Below, one piece after another: positions 22,790 through 36,504 of a DNA stretch of 64,000 bases. The number at the start of each line of letters is the position of its first letter. Within the stretch, counting starts at the first letter, position 1. Made by a program: the position numbers and the translations under genes. This DNA comes from Eukaryota sp. TZLM1-RC. Taxonomy: Eukaryota > Protista > Metamonada: BaSk clade. Where the stretch lies: positions 372,001-436,000 of the forward strand of contig JAUPSS010000005.1 in the NCBI GenBank assembly GCA_040285825.1, written 5' to 3'. The notes below the pieces were generated by a model, which did not search any database, was not told the origin of the DNA, and saw nothing but the letters and a program-made list of their open reading frames with translations.

Positions 22790-24360
22790 GCTATTTTGGA
22801 CAATGTATTTTTGATGTGATGTAATGTCTGTTAATTCTTTTAATGCCTCAAATAAAAGGCTTGCTTGTCCTGAAATTCATAATCCTCTTTCAAATGCTGA
22901 AAATTTGAAAATCAAAAAATACAATGAACTTTTATCCAAATGGTCCAGTCAACAGCACGCAAAACACAATTTGTATCCATTTGTGTTTTCTCTGTTTGGT
23001 TTACTTGCTCCCACGGCTATACGATTTTTGAGTAATTTACTTTTTAAGCAACAATCTAAAAATCAATATCTTCAAAGCAAGCCATTACCATCAAACCGTA
23101 CAACACCAATGTTTTTGTAATGTGCACTGGCAGACATCAAAGCTTTCGAACTCATTTTGGGAATTGAAAATAGTAAAACAATACGATTTAACCACAAATG
23201 ACGATCAAAACGCTTATTCATTCCTTTTTTTACCAGATTTTCTAAATCATCAATAAAATTCATGGCTGTTTTCCCAAGACGTCCATACAACGATATAGCA
23301 AATGTGCAAATTTGGTAATCTACATGGCAAACATGTTTCAATTCTTTTTATGGAGTTGCATATTTTTTCCTTTTATACAATTCTGAAACATTAAAGGAGG
23401 ATACTTCGGATTGTGCATTTCTCAAGGCATTTGTCATGCAAACATCCACTGTTACGATATCAACAACATTCAAGACATCATCAAAAAAGGGCACAACAAC
23501 ATCAGCACGTCGTTTTTCATATTCTGAATCTCTGTCGTTTCCATTTATATCAAGGTTTTCATTTAGCATTGGAATATCTGGAACTAAATTTCTCGAAGGT
23601 TTCAGAAGTTTAATAAAAGAAAGAGCGGGAAAACAATTGAACTTCATTTTTTGGCACAACAGAATTGTTTTCAGTATTCTTTCAACAATTCCCGAAATGA
23701 TAACCAAAGCACTGCTACAATTAGGAATAGAGTATGAGAATTGCACATTGAAGAGATTTGATGATGTTGATGCGTGTATTGAAGTCATTGAGTTCTAGTT
23801 TTTTGTTTAGTTGTTTTGTTTGCGTTTCAAAATCAAAAGGCATATTAACAATAATAAAAACAATTTATATCAAGAGACCTCAACAAAGGTTTTACAAATG
23901 ATTCAATATGATAGGAATTACACATTGCATGGATTTGATGTCTGACTGCATCATACAAAGTAGAACGATAATAAATAAATCTCTTGCAATTGTATAAATG
24001 TGACAATGTCAAACCAACTCCATATTTTGCAAAACAGAACATTGGGCAAATTACAGGGCCACAAATAACAACGCATTCTCATTGCAGTAGTCCATTGATC
24101 GTCATTTAAAAACAAGCCATAAATTTGTTTTACGTTTTTTGGCACATTCTGAAATGATTGTAAAGAAAAGAACTTTCAGAAATTTCAACAGATTGTTTTA
24201 CAAAATGGAATTGTGTTTTCTATTTATAAGGGAATATTGAAGATGGTTTCTGATGTTTTGCTTTCTTTTGGATCTTACTATGAGAGGGTTGCATCTGGTT
24301 GTTTTGTTTTGGGAGAGATGGATTATTTGGATGTTAATTTATCAGATGTCTAATAAATAA
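22790..24360. mobile_element. Cluster of nested CRE-like 3' fragments: family C (+) 22790-23030; family B-like (-) 23060-24145, interrupted by a (+) 3' end at ~23560-23830; family C (+) 24150-24360
   Basis: Short ORFs carry NPLSNAENLKIKKY, NDDQWTTAMRMRC, KRRADVVVP..VVDIVTVDVC and FWHNRIVF..KALL in alternating orientations. Confidence 0.85.
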
Positions 24361-24371
24361 ATAATATTTTT

Positions 24372-24413
24372 TGGACAATTTGTTTGGTATTATTAACTTA
24401 GTTCACTAGTGAT
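24372..24413 (+). mobile_element. Degenerate fragment of the 133-bp LTR family
   Basis: tggacaatt(t)gt(t)t(g)gta...taac(t)tagttcactagtgat aligns colinearly with LTR 47375-47507 (tggacaattagtctagta...taacatagttcactagtgat), including a 15-nt exact match. Confidence 0.6.
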
Positions 24414-24590
24414 TCAATCATCCGAAGCCTGCCTACTTGTTACCGTTGTTCTATAAACCCTATGAACGCAGAAGGTTCCTTCTGCCATTTTTCTGTCTGA
24501 GGATATCAACCTTCACTATGATACTCTCCTCAATTCTACAATTTCGCTCCCTCACTCACTAACTGAAACTACTTCTCAGCGCTTGGGTAA

Positions 24591-25937
24591 ATGTCAACCA
24601 TCACTACAATAGTGAACTTCATGAACGTGGTAATGGGAGCTAGTACTCTTTCCATACACCTCGTGTTTGTGGCGCAAGGGGCAATCGGAGGTGTAGTAAC
24701 TTCCATGGCAATGTTATACATATCTTTCTTTACTTTTAAGAAACTAATCCAATGTGGCGATCTCTTTCAAGAAATGAACATAAACAAGCTTGCATGTCAT
24801 ACGGTGATTGCCTACAAGTTCCCGATAATCACTCTCATAACAAAGTGCTCAGTACTGCTCTTTTCATTGGGTTGCATCAGCGCATATGGTATGGGTAAAG
24901 AGGATTAATATCTCATTTTAGGAATTATCTCCACTGACAATCTCTACTCCACTGTATCCACTCTGTTTCCTTCAGTCTCGATCCCAAGACCTTTGATTTC
25001 TTTTCTGCTTCACCTATGCGTTTTCTATCCTCTTTCATCCACAGAGAACCTAAAGTCTCTCAAGAGTGTATCCTCAATAGCAGTTCTGGTCATTGCATCA
25101 TTTGGGTTGTTTATTGTGTATAATGTTCTTTTTTATGGTCTTAAAGGTAAGTTTGCCAATGATTTGGTTATTGTTAACACGTCTTTTGATTACTTTTACG
25201 GATTTGGAATCTTAGCTTTTGCCTTTGCAGTTCACACTTCTGGTCTTCAGTTATATGCAGAATTAAACATGAAATCAGTTGAGAAGATGGTTAGAATTAG
25301 CAGAATTGGTTTTATCATTGTTTTTGCTATTCTCTCTGTTTTTGGAATGGGTGGGTACTTGCTGTTTGGTAGCTCAGCAGATGCTAATATCTTACAAACT
25401 TTTAACCAAAATAATGGTTTTGTGCAGATGTTCAACTTTTTAATTCTGCTTCTTATAATTGCCAGTTATCCCATCTTGGCTCACGTCGCCAAGGAATCTT
25501 TACAAACTATATTTACCAAAAGGCAAAGTTTAGTCGAAGAAGTGACTACACCAATTAGTTCAGCAACTCCCATGTCTGCAACTTCTGGGTTCCTCTCTGA
25601 TACGTCTGTCTTGGCATTTTCCATTGATGAAAGCAATCATGCTGATGATGTTGACGTCATCAAAAGGCCATCTAAGTTAATCAGAATGATTGTCACTGCA
25701 TGCTTGTGTACCCTTACTTTCATTGCTTCTTTCTTTCCAAATTCATTGGATTTAGTATTGGGTCTCACGGGTTCTCTCAGTGGTTCATTTCTCGTTTACA
25801 TCCTTCCTTGTATGGTTGCTCTGAGTGTTCAAGAACGATTAGGCTTGAGTAGCGGTGAAGTGATGGTATGTAAGCTTTCCATTGGTTTAGGAATTGGATG
25901 TGGTGTTTTAGGTTCTGTTCAATCTGTTTTTATTTAA
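24591..25937 (+). CDS. AAAP/SLC38-AVT family amino-acid transporter; join(24591..24888,24922..25937), 33-nt intron 24889-24921
   Basis: 'NFMNVVMGASTLS', 'LSSTENLKSLKSVSS', 'FAFAVH', 'GYLLFG', 'SYP' and 'LTGSLSGSFLVYILP', with many hydrophobic segments. Removing intron GTATGG...CTCATTTTAG deletes the in-frame TAA (giving CISAY-G-IISTDNL). The true start may lie further upstream. Confidence 0.88.
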
Positions 25938-26303
25938 TCCAGTATTGGTAATAAATGATTTAATTTGAATGTTAAATTGTTTTTTCAATCATTAACAAAA
26001 TTAAAATTTGTGTATTAACATGGTTGTACCAGCAATAATATTCTTGTATTTTTCCTTACCTTTTCATTGCCGAATTCGCACTTGCTTGTTTGATAACGTT
26101 CGAAGAGGGGGATATGCTGAATGTAACTCCACACAACTATCATTTAAGCTCACCCTGTTGGAAATAAATTGAAAGGAGTGAATGATAGTCACAGTGCATA
26201 CCTGTGTTCAGAATTCAATGATAAAGTGATGTGCACTCTACAAATGGTCACAGGAATAGATGATTGTATCATCAAATTTATTTCAATTTATCAAACAATT
26301 CAG

Positions 26304-27128
26304 ATGTTATCCTCTCAATCTTCCGATCCGACGCTTGACTGTCCGCAGTCACTTGATATTCTTTCAGATCATGAGGTACAAATAGAACCATCGGGTACAC
26401 AAACGCAAACTCAACGAAGAACTCCCGATCATAATTCAGAAAACGTTGATACTTTTCAGCAGCCAAATGGAGTGCAACGGCCAAAAAAGACCATCTCTCA
26501 TGTGATAAAACCTAATAAACTCAATCAACAAACTTTACGAGCATATGTGAGTGCCAAAGGGTTCTTCAGCTCTGGCATTCGCGGTACTGCTCACAAAATA
26601 TGTCCCCATTTCAATGAAAAGTCCTTTTTGGGGAAAGATAAATCTCCACAACCTCTCTCACAGCGGTTACCATTACCTAGTCCACGGAGAAGTCCTGATA
26701 GACCTCCATTAAGGTCAACCAGGGAGATAATACATGACACGATGCCAGTGCCCAAGAAGCGATTTGTCACTCGTGCCAAGATGGCTCTGTCAAAACTATC
26801 CACTCAAAATTCTCAGCTGATCAACCAGGAAAGTCAGGTTGTTTCAGTCAGACATGTACTTGAATCCCTGTGGAACATTGCCAAACTTCCTTTATCACCA
26901 TCTGAAAAGGCTCTTAGCCAAAGCCAGGTACTTTCGTCTCAACTCAATGATTCTGCCTGTCGTATTAGTTCTCTATGTGAAAGCCTCTCGCAAGAGGTGA
27001 GGAAGCCAAGGAAGAGGAGAAGCAACGAAGGCAGTTTTGATAGCTTTATTAGTAGTGATTTACCCTTCAAGAAATGTGCAGTTGAGGAAGAACAACAGTT
27101 TAAGCTTTCCCCAATGAGCTGGATATAA
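26304..27128 (+). CDS. Hypothetical low-complexity S/Q/P/K-rich protein
   Basis: Open frame 26169-27128 with host-like composition. Start uncertain (ATG 26304 chosen). No recognisable domain. Confidence 0.55.
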   Translation: MLSSQSSDPTLDCPQSLDILSDHEVQIEPSGTQTQTQRRTPDHNSENVDTFQQPNGVQRPKKTISHVIKPNKLNQQTLRAYVSAKGFFSSGIRGTAHKICPHFNEKSFLGKDKSPQPLSQRLPLPSPRRSPDRPPLRSTREIIHDTMPVPKKRFVTRAKMALSKLSTQNSQLINQESQVVSVRHVLESLWNIAKLPLSPSEKALSQSQVLSSQLNDSACRISSLCESLSQEVRKPRKRRSNEGSFDSFISSDLPFKKCAVEEEQQFKLSPMSWI

Positions 27129-27174
27129 AATCTTTGTAATTTTAATTTTAGTTAAATTTAACCATTTATATAAA

Positions 27175-28075
27175 GAATCAAATAAAAACAAAACAAACTA
27201 AAACACATAAGAAACTAAATTCTCCACGCCAACTCTTGATGAATCCTTATAAAGTTTAGACATCATTAAACTCAAGTACTTGGGAACACTTCTGTACAAA
27301 GCGAAAATGATACGATTTTTCCATAAATTCTCTGCAAAATTCTTACCACTTGAACGACATAAATTACCAAAATCATTGATGAAATTCAAGGCGGATTGTC
27401 CAATGTTGCCAAAAATCGAAAAGGCAAAAGGAACAAACGAAAACTTCGAATAAAGGTTCTTATTTAAATCATTTAATATCTCAGTATATTTATCTCTCTT
27501 ACGATCTTCAGCCTTGTTTAAATGACCATTAGTACTAAGTAAAACATCATCGTGATAAACAAAAGCAAAGGGATCAACTGTAGTGAAATCAACAACAACT
27601 TGAGAGGAATCCACAAAAGGAGCAATTAAATCACCTCGACGTGAATTAAAAAGATTATCATCACTATAATGCTTCAACAAAGGTTCTACTTTGCAACTAA
27701 AATTGTAACACTTGAACATCTCATATGTCACATCACGAACGGCATTATGAAGAACTGACCTATATTGGAGAAATTTCTTACAGCTCACAATATGACGAAA
27801 ATTGGCAGTAGGTTTTTTGTTACAAATACAATAAGAATTGTCCAAAAGACCACTTGGATACATCCCTAATCTCAACCGCATGTTTTGTTTCCAAGCTTCA
27901 TTTGTTAAGTGAAGACCAAATGGCCTTGGTTGCTGAGATATTAAACTAGTACAGTTCTGAATGTCTGATAAAAAGGCAGCAAAGACGGGATTATTAATCT
28001 TAGTCACCCTAAGTCGTTTAGAAAAATCCAGGTCTTCAAAACCAATAAGAACAGACTTCTTTAATTTTAATTTTA
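27175..28075 (-). mobile_element. 5'-truncated CRE-like non-LTR retrotransposon, family D
   Basis: ORF 27198-28130: NMRLRLG, CIC..HIVSC, RSVLHNAVRD, VEP, RRGDLIAP..VVDFTTVDP, AEDRKRDKY, FVPFAFSIFG. Confidence 0.88.
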
Positions 28076-28318
28076 GTAATTTCTTTAATTTTTCAATCTT
28101 TGTACTTTTTATTTTGATGTTAAACATCAATTTGAACTACCATCATTGGTTAAAATTCATTATACAAAATTCAAGTCTGTCAATTTATACTATTTCTGCG
28201 ATGTGTTGTCTTCTCCAAGTTCAACTTGATGATGGGGTAAGATATTCAACCATAATCTTCATCATTTCTTACTCTGTGAAATGTGTTCATTGTTAGTAAC
28301 ATTTCCATATAGTTTAAA

Positions 28319-28790
28319 ATGGTTATCAATGAACAATTAGTTTTGCAAATGGCATCGAACAAAGGAAATAAAAAAGCAATGAGATTATCATTATTTTGTG
28401 ATAAATTGACTGTTATAGAAGTACAGGTATTGGAAGTTTCCGTGGCTTCAAAGAGTTTAAAATTGCCATGTTATCACCTGATTGCCAAGATTATGAAGAC
28501 AAATGAAAAATTTGTACCGGTAATTAGATGCAAAGTGAAGTCAAACAAAATTGATTATGAAGTTTTTGGGTAATGTAAGGCACTGTCAACTGAGAAAATG
28601 CATTTCTTGTTATGTTGCTAGTACTTGAACAAATAGATGTTCAGAACCATAGAGCATCCTAATAAATATAAATTTATCTACTTCAAAGTACTCAGAGAAC
28701 ACACAGTCGATATCTAAAACGAGCAGGCCAAATGGTAACAGAATGGTGACTACTATAACAAAATTATGAACACCCAATGGTCAGTTCATA
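28319..28790 (+). pseudogene. Possible N-terminal relic of the Fanzor-like gene whose C-terminal part lies at 37143-37870
   Basis: Degenerate coding-like stretch (..ASKSLKLPCYHL..IDYEVFG*CKALS..YLKRAGQMVTE) on the same strand. It is separated from the RuvC-II relic by a MITE, about 0.5 kb of unassigned sequence and an LTR insertion. Resemblance is weak. Confidence 0.3.
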
Positions 28791-28956
28791 GAGTCAATAA
28801 TTGTTGCTATAACTTGACACTTCTTAATTGGTATTGTAATTTTTCATACGATGTGGTTTCGAATCATAAATGGAAAAGAATTGGGCGATAGCAGGGAAAA
28901 CAATAGTAGGAAAATAATGAAACCTTTTTATGAAACCAGCTCTTTATTGATCATTA

Positions 28957-29482
28957 TTGGGACTGTCCAGGTTTAGTTGAGAGCTGGTTCCGAACCAGTT
29001 CACCGAATGTCTCATTTTAATTTACCATTGTTTGTAACTTGTGTTCAGTTTCTTCCAGTGACATAAATTAAAAATAAATTATCTAATAGTTGATAAGCTA
29101 ATACTTAATTTTTGTTTAATTTATTTCATAGAACCGTCAAATCTAGGTTTATAATTTAAACTATTTTGCTCTTCGTTTTTGTCACATAGTTTCTATGGAA
29201 GGGCAAACAATTTCTTCATATTTCACTTCACTCAACTGGTCTTGTTCGCTGTGACCTTACTACCTGTGTCACACATGCCAACTCCTGTGGGAAAAACACC
29301 AGAAATGGAACCTTAATGCGTCAACTTCGGAAAAATCATGGCTTATTTGAGAAATTAGATTATATTATTGTGAAAACAAATATATTGACTCATTTTTTAT
29401 TATACGGGGTCAGAACCAGTTCAGTTCGAGTTCTGTTGTTTTTTGCACTGTATTGAACCAAACTGAACTTGGACAGTCCCAA
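28957..29482. mobile_element. MITE / non-autonomous TIR DNA transposon (~526 bp)
   Basis: Terminal inverted repeats ttgggactgtccaggtttagtt (28957) and aactgaacttggacagtcccaa (ending 29482), with 2 mismatches. Flanked by TTA on both sides (28954-28956, 29483-29485). Subterminal gaacc/gaac repeats; non-coding interior. Confidence 0.75.
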
Positions 29483-29857
29483 TTAATATCAATTTTTCCA
29501 ACAAAAAATCTGTAAATAATCCAACCTTATATAGTTTGACGTCGGTTAAGTGAATTTTTGATCTTGTTTGTTGTAACAAACTGAGTATTAAAGCTTTGTA
29601 GGTTAAGCAACGTTACAGCCAAATATTGAAGAACAGGTCGGTGGGTGAGTGGGCGCAAGAATAGAATGAGCAAAATAGGGAAGAAAAACCAACAAAACAT
29701 TTAACGAAATGAAGAAAAAGATTGAAAAAAGCTAATTCATAGTTCTTACTAGCATAAGACAAAACTTTAGGTTTCAAACAATGAAATCCAGAAAAGCTGA
29801 AACAGCCCTCCGAACATCAATCATTTTCAAGATAAATAGCATGAAAATTCTTTTCAT

Positions 29858-29936
29858 TGTTGCCTAAAGTCTATTGTAGTAAAGAAAAGTCTGATTTATT
29901 TTCTATTCATATTATATAAGCCTTAGGGCGCCAACA
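29858..29936 (-). repeat. 3' LTR of element 1 (79 bp)
   Basis: Exact copy of 37060-37138. Confidence 0.96.
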
Positions 29937-32900
29937 CTGCTTCTTCCCTTTTTCAAAATAAATCAGCTTATATGAATATGAAATAAAAACTATATACAAT
30001 TAACAAAACAACTATAATAAATACATATAATCGATATAATATAAATAATCGATATAAACTAAGAATTAGCTCCTCTTCCTAATTCTATAACTGCGTCTAG
30101 GCCTCTTAGAAGGCGTAGACTCATTGGAGGTACTTTGTCGTCGACTAGTGGTACGTTTTCCAATTTTCTTGTTATCCTTACTAAATAACTTATAAGCTTC
30201 TGAATGTTTAACCGAATGGAGTGGCTCTTCTGTTGTCTCACCGCCAAACCACTGAACAGTACAGAAACTACCTGAATCAGAGTGGTATTCTGAGAGGATT
30301 TTCTCTATAACGTGTTTTTCGGAATCGCCTGCAGCGACTGCCTTGAGGAATTCAATGTCCTGTGGATTTTCTGCGTTATAGATTTTGCAATCTTTCTTGG
30401 CAGCTTTTAATTCTGTGCCAGTAGTAAGATTCTTCAATAATAAAGTGGATTTGGAAGGAAGGTCAATAACTAAAAATGGTCCATTCCAAGATCCATGCAA
30501 TTTATTATTTTGCTTGGTTTTACGTAAGACGTAGTCACCAATATTAAATACTATAAAAACACGAATTAGTATTATCTACTGAAGACGGAGTATTTAATGT
30601 TTGGTGACGCTCTGCTTCTTCCCTTTTTTTCTTGTAGACGAGTGTTTTTCATTTTGATGTCATCTAATAAAGGGATATTAGTTTCAAATTTGGATAAATT
30701 TCCTAATATATTAGCAGGGTCTGTTCTTGGACTAATCGAAGAACCGAACATGAGTTCGTATGGGGTAAAACCAGTTTTTCTGCTTTTAGTAGAATTTATT
30801 AATAGTTGGGATATAGGTACGTATGTAGACCAATTTCCGTAATCATTGAAATCTATTAATAGTTTCCTTAAGCATTGAAGAACGTCTCTATGTTTACGTT
30901 CTACAAGTCCATTACTTTCTGAATAGTGGGGAATTGAGTTACTCATCTCAATCGCTAATCTGTTACACACTATTTTGAAAGTCTCATTAGCGAACTCAGG
31001 TCCATTATCACTATGAATTAACATAGGTATGCCAAAGATAGCGCAAACATTCCAAATCAAGGCATCTGCGGTTTCTAAGGCATTGAGTTCTTTTAGAGGG
31101 ACTAAAATTGTATATCCAGTAAAAGAGTCTACAAATACTAATAGATATTTATTTCCTTCGTTGTCAGAATTTAGGGGGTCCAATTGTATCGACATTTAAT
31201 CTGGCAAAGGACGATCTGCCCATAAAGATCCTGTGGAAGGTGTTTTTGATCTTTTAACTGGAGCCGTTTTTGACAAGTTGGGCATCTTTTGACATGATTA
31301 ATAAGGTCCTTTCTCATATTGGGCCAGTAGAAATCACTTTTGGACAGTTTGTGTAAACTATCGTTTTTGCTGGGGTGACCAGATTGAACCAAACCATGTA
31401 TTAATAATAGTGCCTGTTTTCTGAGGCTCTTTGGAATCAAAATTTTGTTTTTATTATTTTCCAAATTTGAGTGTTTACATCTAGAATTGCGTTATCAAAT
31501 AAAAGAGTCGTTGTTGTTTTTGGCTATTTGTTGTTCAGATCTTATCTTAGACAGCCAAGAAGAAAAAAATAGGTAGGTCTTGGTGTCTACTTAGAGATGA
31601 GATTGAAGGGATGTCTTCAAGATCCGAATCAGAATCATCGTCTAGTGGAGGTATCTCGTAATTTGAAAGTAAAGTGTCTGGTATATTTATACTACAAATA
31701 GAAGGAGTTTCCTCGTTTTGATCCAAATCAATATTCCTCGATAACATATCTGCCCAATGGTTGTCTTCACCAGGTTCGTGGACTATGTCAAAGTCGAATT
31801 CAGATAGTATCGGCAGCCATCTCTTTACAATTCTATTTTTCTCTGGGGCTGTAGCCAGGAATGCAATGTTTTTATGATCTGTGAAAATTGTTAAATGTCT
31901 AGTTAACAAGTAGCTTTCTAAACAACTTTCAGTTAAAATCAGAAGTATTGCGTATAATTCTTTTTGTAAGGTGGACCATTTTTCTTTGTGTTTCTGTAAG
32001 TAATCTACTATAGAATGACAAAGGTTTCACTTTCCTTTTATTTAGCGGGGTTCCTGCAGGGGAGTAGGGTTCAATTTCTTGCCAAATAACACCTCCTACT
32101 GCTACATCTGAAGCGTCAGTACTTATCAATACTCGCTTGCCCGGAGCTGGTAATTCAAGGGGCATGTGGTTTACTATTAGGTCTTTTATTTGTTTTAAGT
32201 AATCGTCATGCTTGCAAGTCCATTTAATTATTCTGGGTTTTCCTTTAATTAGCTCGTTAATTGGAGCAATTAATTCAGAAATACCTGGAAGCCAATCTCT
32301 AATATAATTGATGGATCCTACCAATGAGCGAACTTCTTTCACTGTTTTTTGGTCTAGGGATTCTCATCAAGGCTTCGATTTTTTTCTTACTTATAAATCT
32401 AGTTTTTATCCTGGAAGGTACTTCCTAAAATGTCGATAGGGTGTTTTGATGTTACGAATTTACATTTACGTAAGCCTATATTTACACGTCTATTTCTGGC
32501 GCATTGGAGGACTCTTTGTAATCTCTTATAGAAATCTTCGAAAGTCGTTCCAACTATTATGATATCATCAATATATATAAAAACGCCATCAATTTGGAAT
32601 ATTTCCATCATTACATTTTGGAAAACTGCTGGGATGTTCTTTAATCCGAAGCAAGCTCTTTTAAACATAATTGATCTTCCAGGGATTGAGATTGATGTTT
32701 TCTCAATATCCTTCTCAGCAACATTCATCTGCCAGAAAGCTTTTGGTAAATCAAGCGTGGCGATGTAATTTGCTCTACTCAAAAATTCTAATATATCACT
32801 AATCCTAGGTAGATTAGGCTCTACTGAAATCGTATGGGCATTAACTCCATCTTTACCACTAAAGTCTCCAGTTAACCTGGGTTTTTTTGCCGTCAGGGTA

Positions 32901-35900
32901 TATAACTAAGACAATAGGAGAGCTGAATTTATAATTAGATTCAACTGCATAGCCCATTTCGATCAGTTCATCAAATATTTTTGTTTGCTATTTCCATTTT
33001 GCTGGGATTTAACCGTCTAGCAGGTTTATGTACTATAGCATTCTCATCTCTAAAGGGGATTGTTAGAGGATTACAATCGATTCCTTTTCTATTAGGAGTT
33101 TCACTAAAAACATCGCTGAATAATTTTAGTAGACTCGTTAATTTTAATTTATTATTACTATCATCTAAATTTATCTCACATCCAGATCTTGCTAATTGCT
33201 CCTCAAAATCAGAAGGACTTGGTGATTGGTTATCTAAGTTCCCAATCGAATGTTGAGCGATCCTAGAGTCGAATTCTGATTCTGCATTTAGCAAAGTGCG
33301 GTGTTCTTTGTCTAATCTAATGAAAAGACCATCATCCGTCTGAAGCCCAAGTGCTTTTAACATGTCTGTCCCTATTAATAATTTGTTCGAACCCGGGATT
33401 ATGGGAAGAGTATGTTTATAGTGAACTTGTTGCGCAATGCTTCCTACGTTGAACGACAGAATACCAGTTGCACTCCCTAGCGATTTTTGTGGATACGTTA
33501 TTAGCTGGTAAGAACTTAATAGTATCCTTGCTATTGATTGACATATGGCATTGTTCAGCTAAATCTGCAGTAATAACTGAACAAAACGCAGCCGAATCTA
33601 TAGTCGCAATCATTTTAATATCATTTATTGATATCTCCAGTCTTAGAAATGGAGAACGCTGGGACCTGACGTGGTTTTCACTAACCGTAGAATTAATATC
33701 AAAAATGCTATTGATATCAGAGCTGGTTTGGTGAATTTGTAGAGGAATTAAAAGATTTTGTTGAGCTGTTGGAAAGTTGTTGACTGGGTTTCCTAAATCG
33801 GTTGTTGATTCGTTGTGATTGATTGCGTTGATATGTACCCGATTAGGAAAGTTGCCTGTCCTGCTGTTCCGGTTGCTGTTGTTGATCCGTCTGTGAGGAA
33901 CCGTACTCGAACGGGTCGGTTTTGACTCAGTAGGGGATGCGTTTGATGATATGTCCTCTGTTGTGTTTATGTTATGTATAGGTCTGTACTGACCTCTTCC
34001 TTTATGACCTCTATAACGGCCTCCACGGCCTCTAAATTTGAATCTATGTACACGTCTACCACGGCCACCTCGGCCCCTTTCTACACTGCCTCTACTAGCA
34101 GGCGCCTCCTGTTCTCCTAATCTGAATCTTTCTTCTTTGGGAACTCTGCTTCTAGCACAACGAGGATCTTTGCATTCGAATACAGTGTGGCCAACAGGAT
34201 TGTTACCTTCGACGTTGCTGCAGAATGTACAGAATTTTGACCCTTCTCGTTCATGCTTTTCAGGGATGTATTTGTGTTGAGGGGTTCCTCTTGACTTTCC
34301 ACCTGATCGTCTTGCTCGTTTTGTTGGAGCCTGGGCTGATGGTGTTACTCCTCTTGAGTAAGTTCTCATTGCCGTGAGTCCCAAAGGAATATCTTCTTCG
34401 TTAGCCCTGTTCCTTAGTACATCCATTGTGGGCTTGTTTCCTGCTGTGTAACACCAAGCGAGGAAATGTCTTCTCGTTGTCGATATCAAATCGAGTAGAG
34501 TTGTTCTGTTCGGTGAGTCCCACAAGGTTTCCCTAGTCCATACTGGGAGGAGTTCGCTTGATATAGCAAAGTTATCCAGACCCATAAGGAAGTACTCGGC
34601 TATTAGAGCGGGAGATATGGTTATCAACCCACTGCTTCCTCTAATTAAATCGGGGATGGTTAGGTCGGTCATGTAGGTGGTCATTCTCAAGACGTCTCCA
34701 AAATCTTCTACATAACGACCAAACTCGTTGTCAGCCTCATGCCTATTGTGGATTTTTCCTCCAATTTATTCTAGGCTTCATTAGAGCTGTACAAGCCTCA
34801 TGATATGATGTGAATTGCGTTCTTTTTAACAGAAATACCATGACGTCGGCGTCGGTATAATCAACACCGAGTAAACCTTGACTCTGCCATCTAGATAGAA
34901 GGCTAGGGTCGATCATGCTGGATATTCCTGTGGGGCAAGTGCTCATCATCATGCTCCTAAATAAATCATAATGGTGGATTGGGGGTCCGAGCTTATCTGT
35001 TATAGCTGGATCAATCCTTACCAAAGGCTGTGTTGTATCCCTGGTGATCTCGTCGCGTATATGTTTGGGGAGATCTTTAATCCTATCTTGGGTTATTTCT
35101 GCTTGGCCTTCTCCAAATAGCTGGGTAGCTATCATAAAGGCTCTGGTCCAATCTGATTGACCTGGGGCTTCGAAGCTTCTATTAACTATCTTTCGCCCGT
35201 ATTTATCCCAAGTTTGAAATTTTAAAAGAAAAGCTATGATAGACATTTTGTTAATAGGGTCATCAGCGGATAATCGAGGTCTTTTATAGTCGATATCCTT
35301 AGACCGTGGATCAATCTGTCTATGAAGGCTACTAGCTATGCTCATGTCAATAGCTCTTCTTGAGGATTGTAGGTCCTCAATACGCATAGGTCTATCGGAA
35401 GAAGAGTCTCTTACTGAGGGTTGAGGAGGAGCCGTTTCTCCAACGACTGGCCCGTTCAACTCAATGTCTTCTCCAATTTCACTTTCCATGGGTTGAGGTG
35501 AAGTTGGTTCTTCCTGAGGTGCAACGTCTTGTCTTGTTACAGGTTCCGGGACGTTCACTGTTGGAACATGATCGGGTATGCTGTCGATAGAGCAGACCTG
35601 TATTGGTTGGCTTTTTTCAGAAATTATAGGGGCTACAACAGGCAGTTTGGGAAGGTGGAGAGATGTGGATGGATCTCCCGTTACCCATTGTCTAAACTCT
35701 CGTTGTTTTGTGAACGAGTTACCATGTTGTTGGGTGTAGTTGTTAGGACGGCTCCTATACGTGGATACAGCTGATCGTTCCGTATGAATGTTATTTAGAG
35801 CGTCTGCATCAAACCAGGGGGTTACTGGTTCAAGCTTGTCTTGTTCACTACTATCCTCCTGCTCCATAAATTCCCTAAAATATGTGGGTGCACCCTCTGT

Positions 35901-36504
35901 CAGCTCCGTGTAATTATGGATTTCCGTATCAAAGTTAGGATCAAACCAGGCAGGCAATTTGGATTGTAGGATGTCTTCCGAGTCGGTCCTACTTCTCTGT
36001 TCGATGGAGAGAAACCTTATTCTCCTGCCGTATTGATCTAGGAAGGAGGCCTTCCAATCCAATCTATCTTTGATGGGAAGAGACATCAATTCATTGATTC
36101 TCTTGTCCATTCCAGAGATTCTGGGGCGGCGTTCTGCGTTACGCCCGAATGTCTCTCTACTCAATTTATCGAGTGCCTTTATGAGTTCATTCCTTTCATT
36201 GAGGGGGAATTTCCAATACCTTTTGGGTATCCCCAATCATTCCGAGGGTCTGAAAACCAACGTTTCTGCCTCTTTTTGAACGTAACTCCATAAAGGGGGA
36301 AGTTGCTCGAACAGACAGAAATCTGTTGGTTCGAGGTAAGCCTCCGCGTCCTCTCTTAATAACTTGTAGAACCCCTCAGAAGAGTCGTCTTCTCCCTCCA
36401 TTTCATCTAGTTGAGATTGAATTTCTTCATATTCTCCTAATGGGGAAGACGTGTCTAAGGTGGGATCTCCATCCGTTCCCTTTGAGACAGGTTCTAGAAT
36501 TGGG

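Noticed and set aside
24462-24590. Upstream exon/intron extending the transporter from ATG 24462
   Set aside because: The candidate intron lacks the consensus 3' motif and the joins do not restore frame. A homopolymer error is possible but unprovable here.
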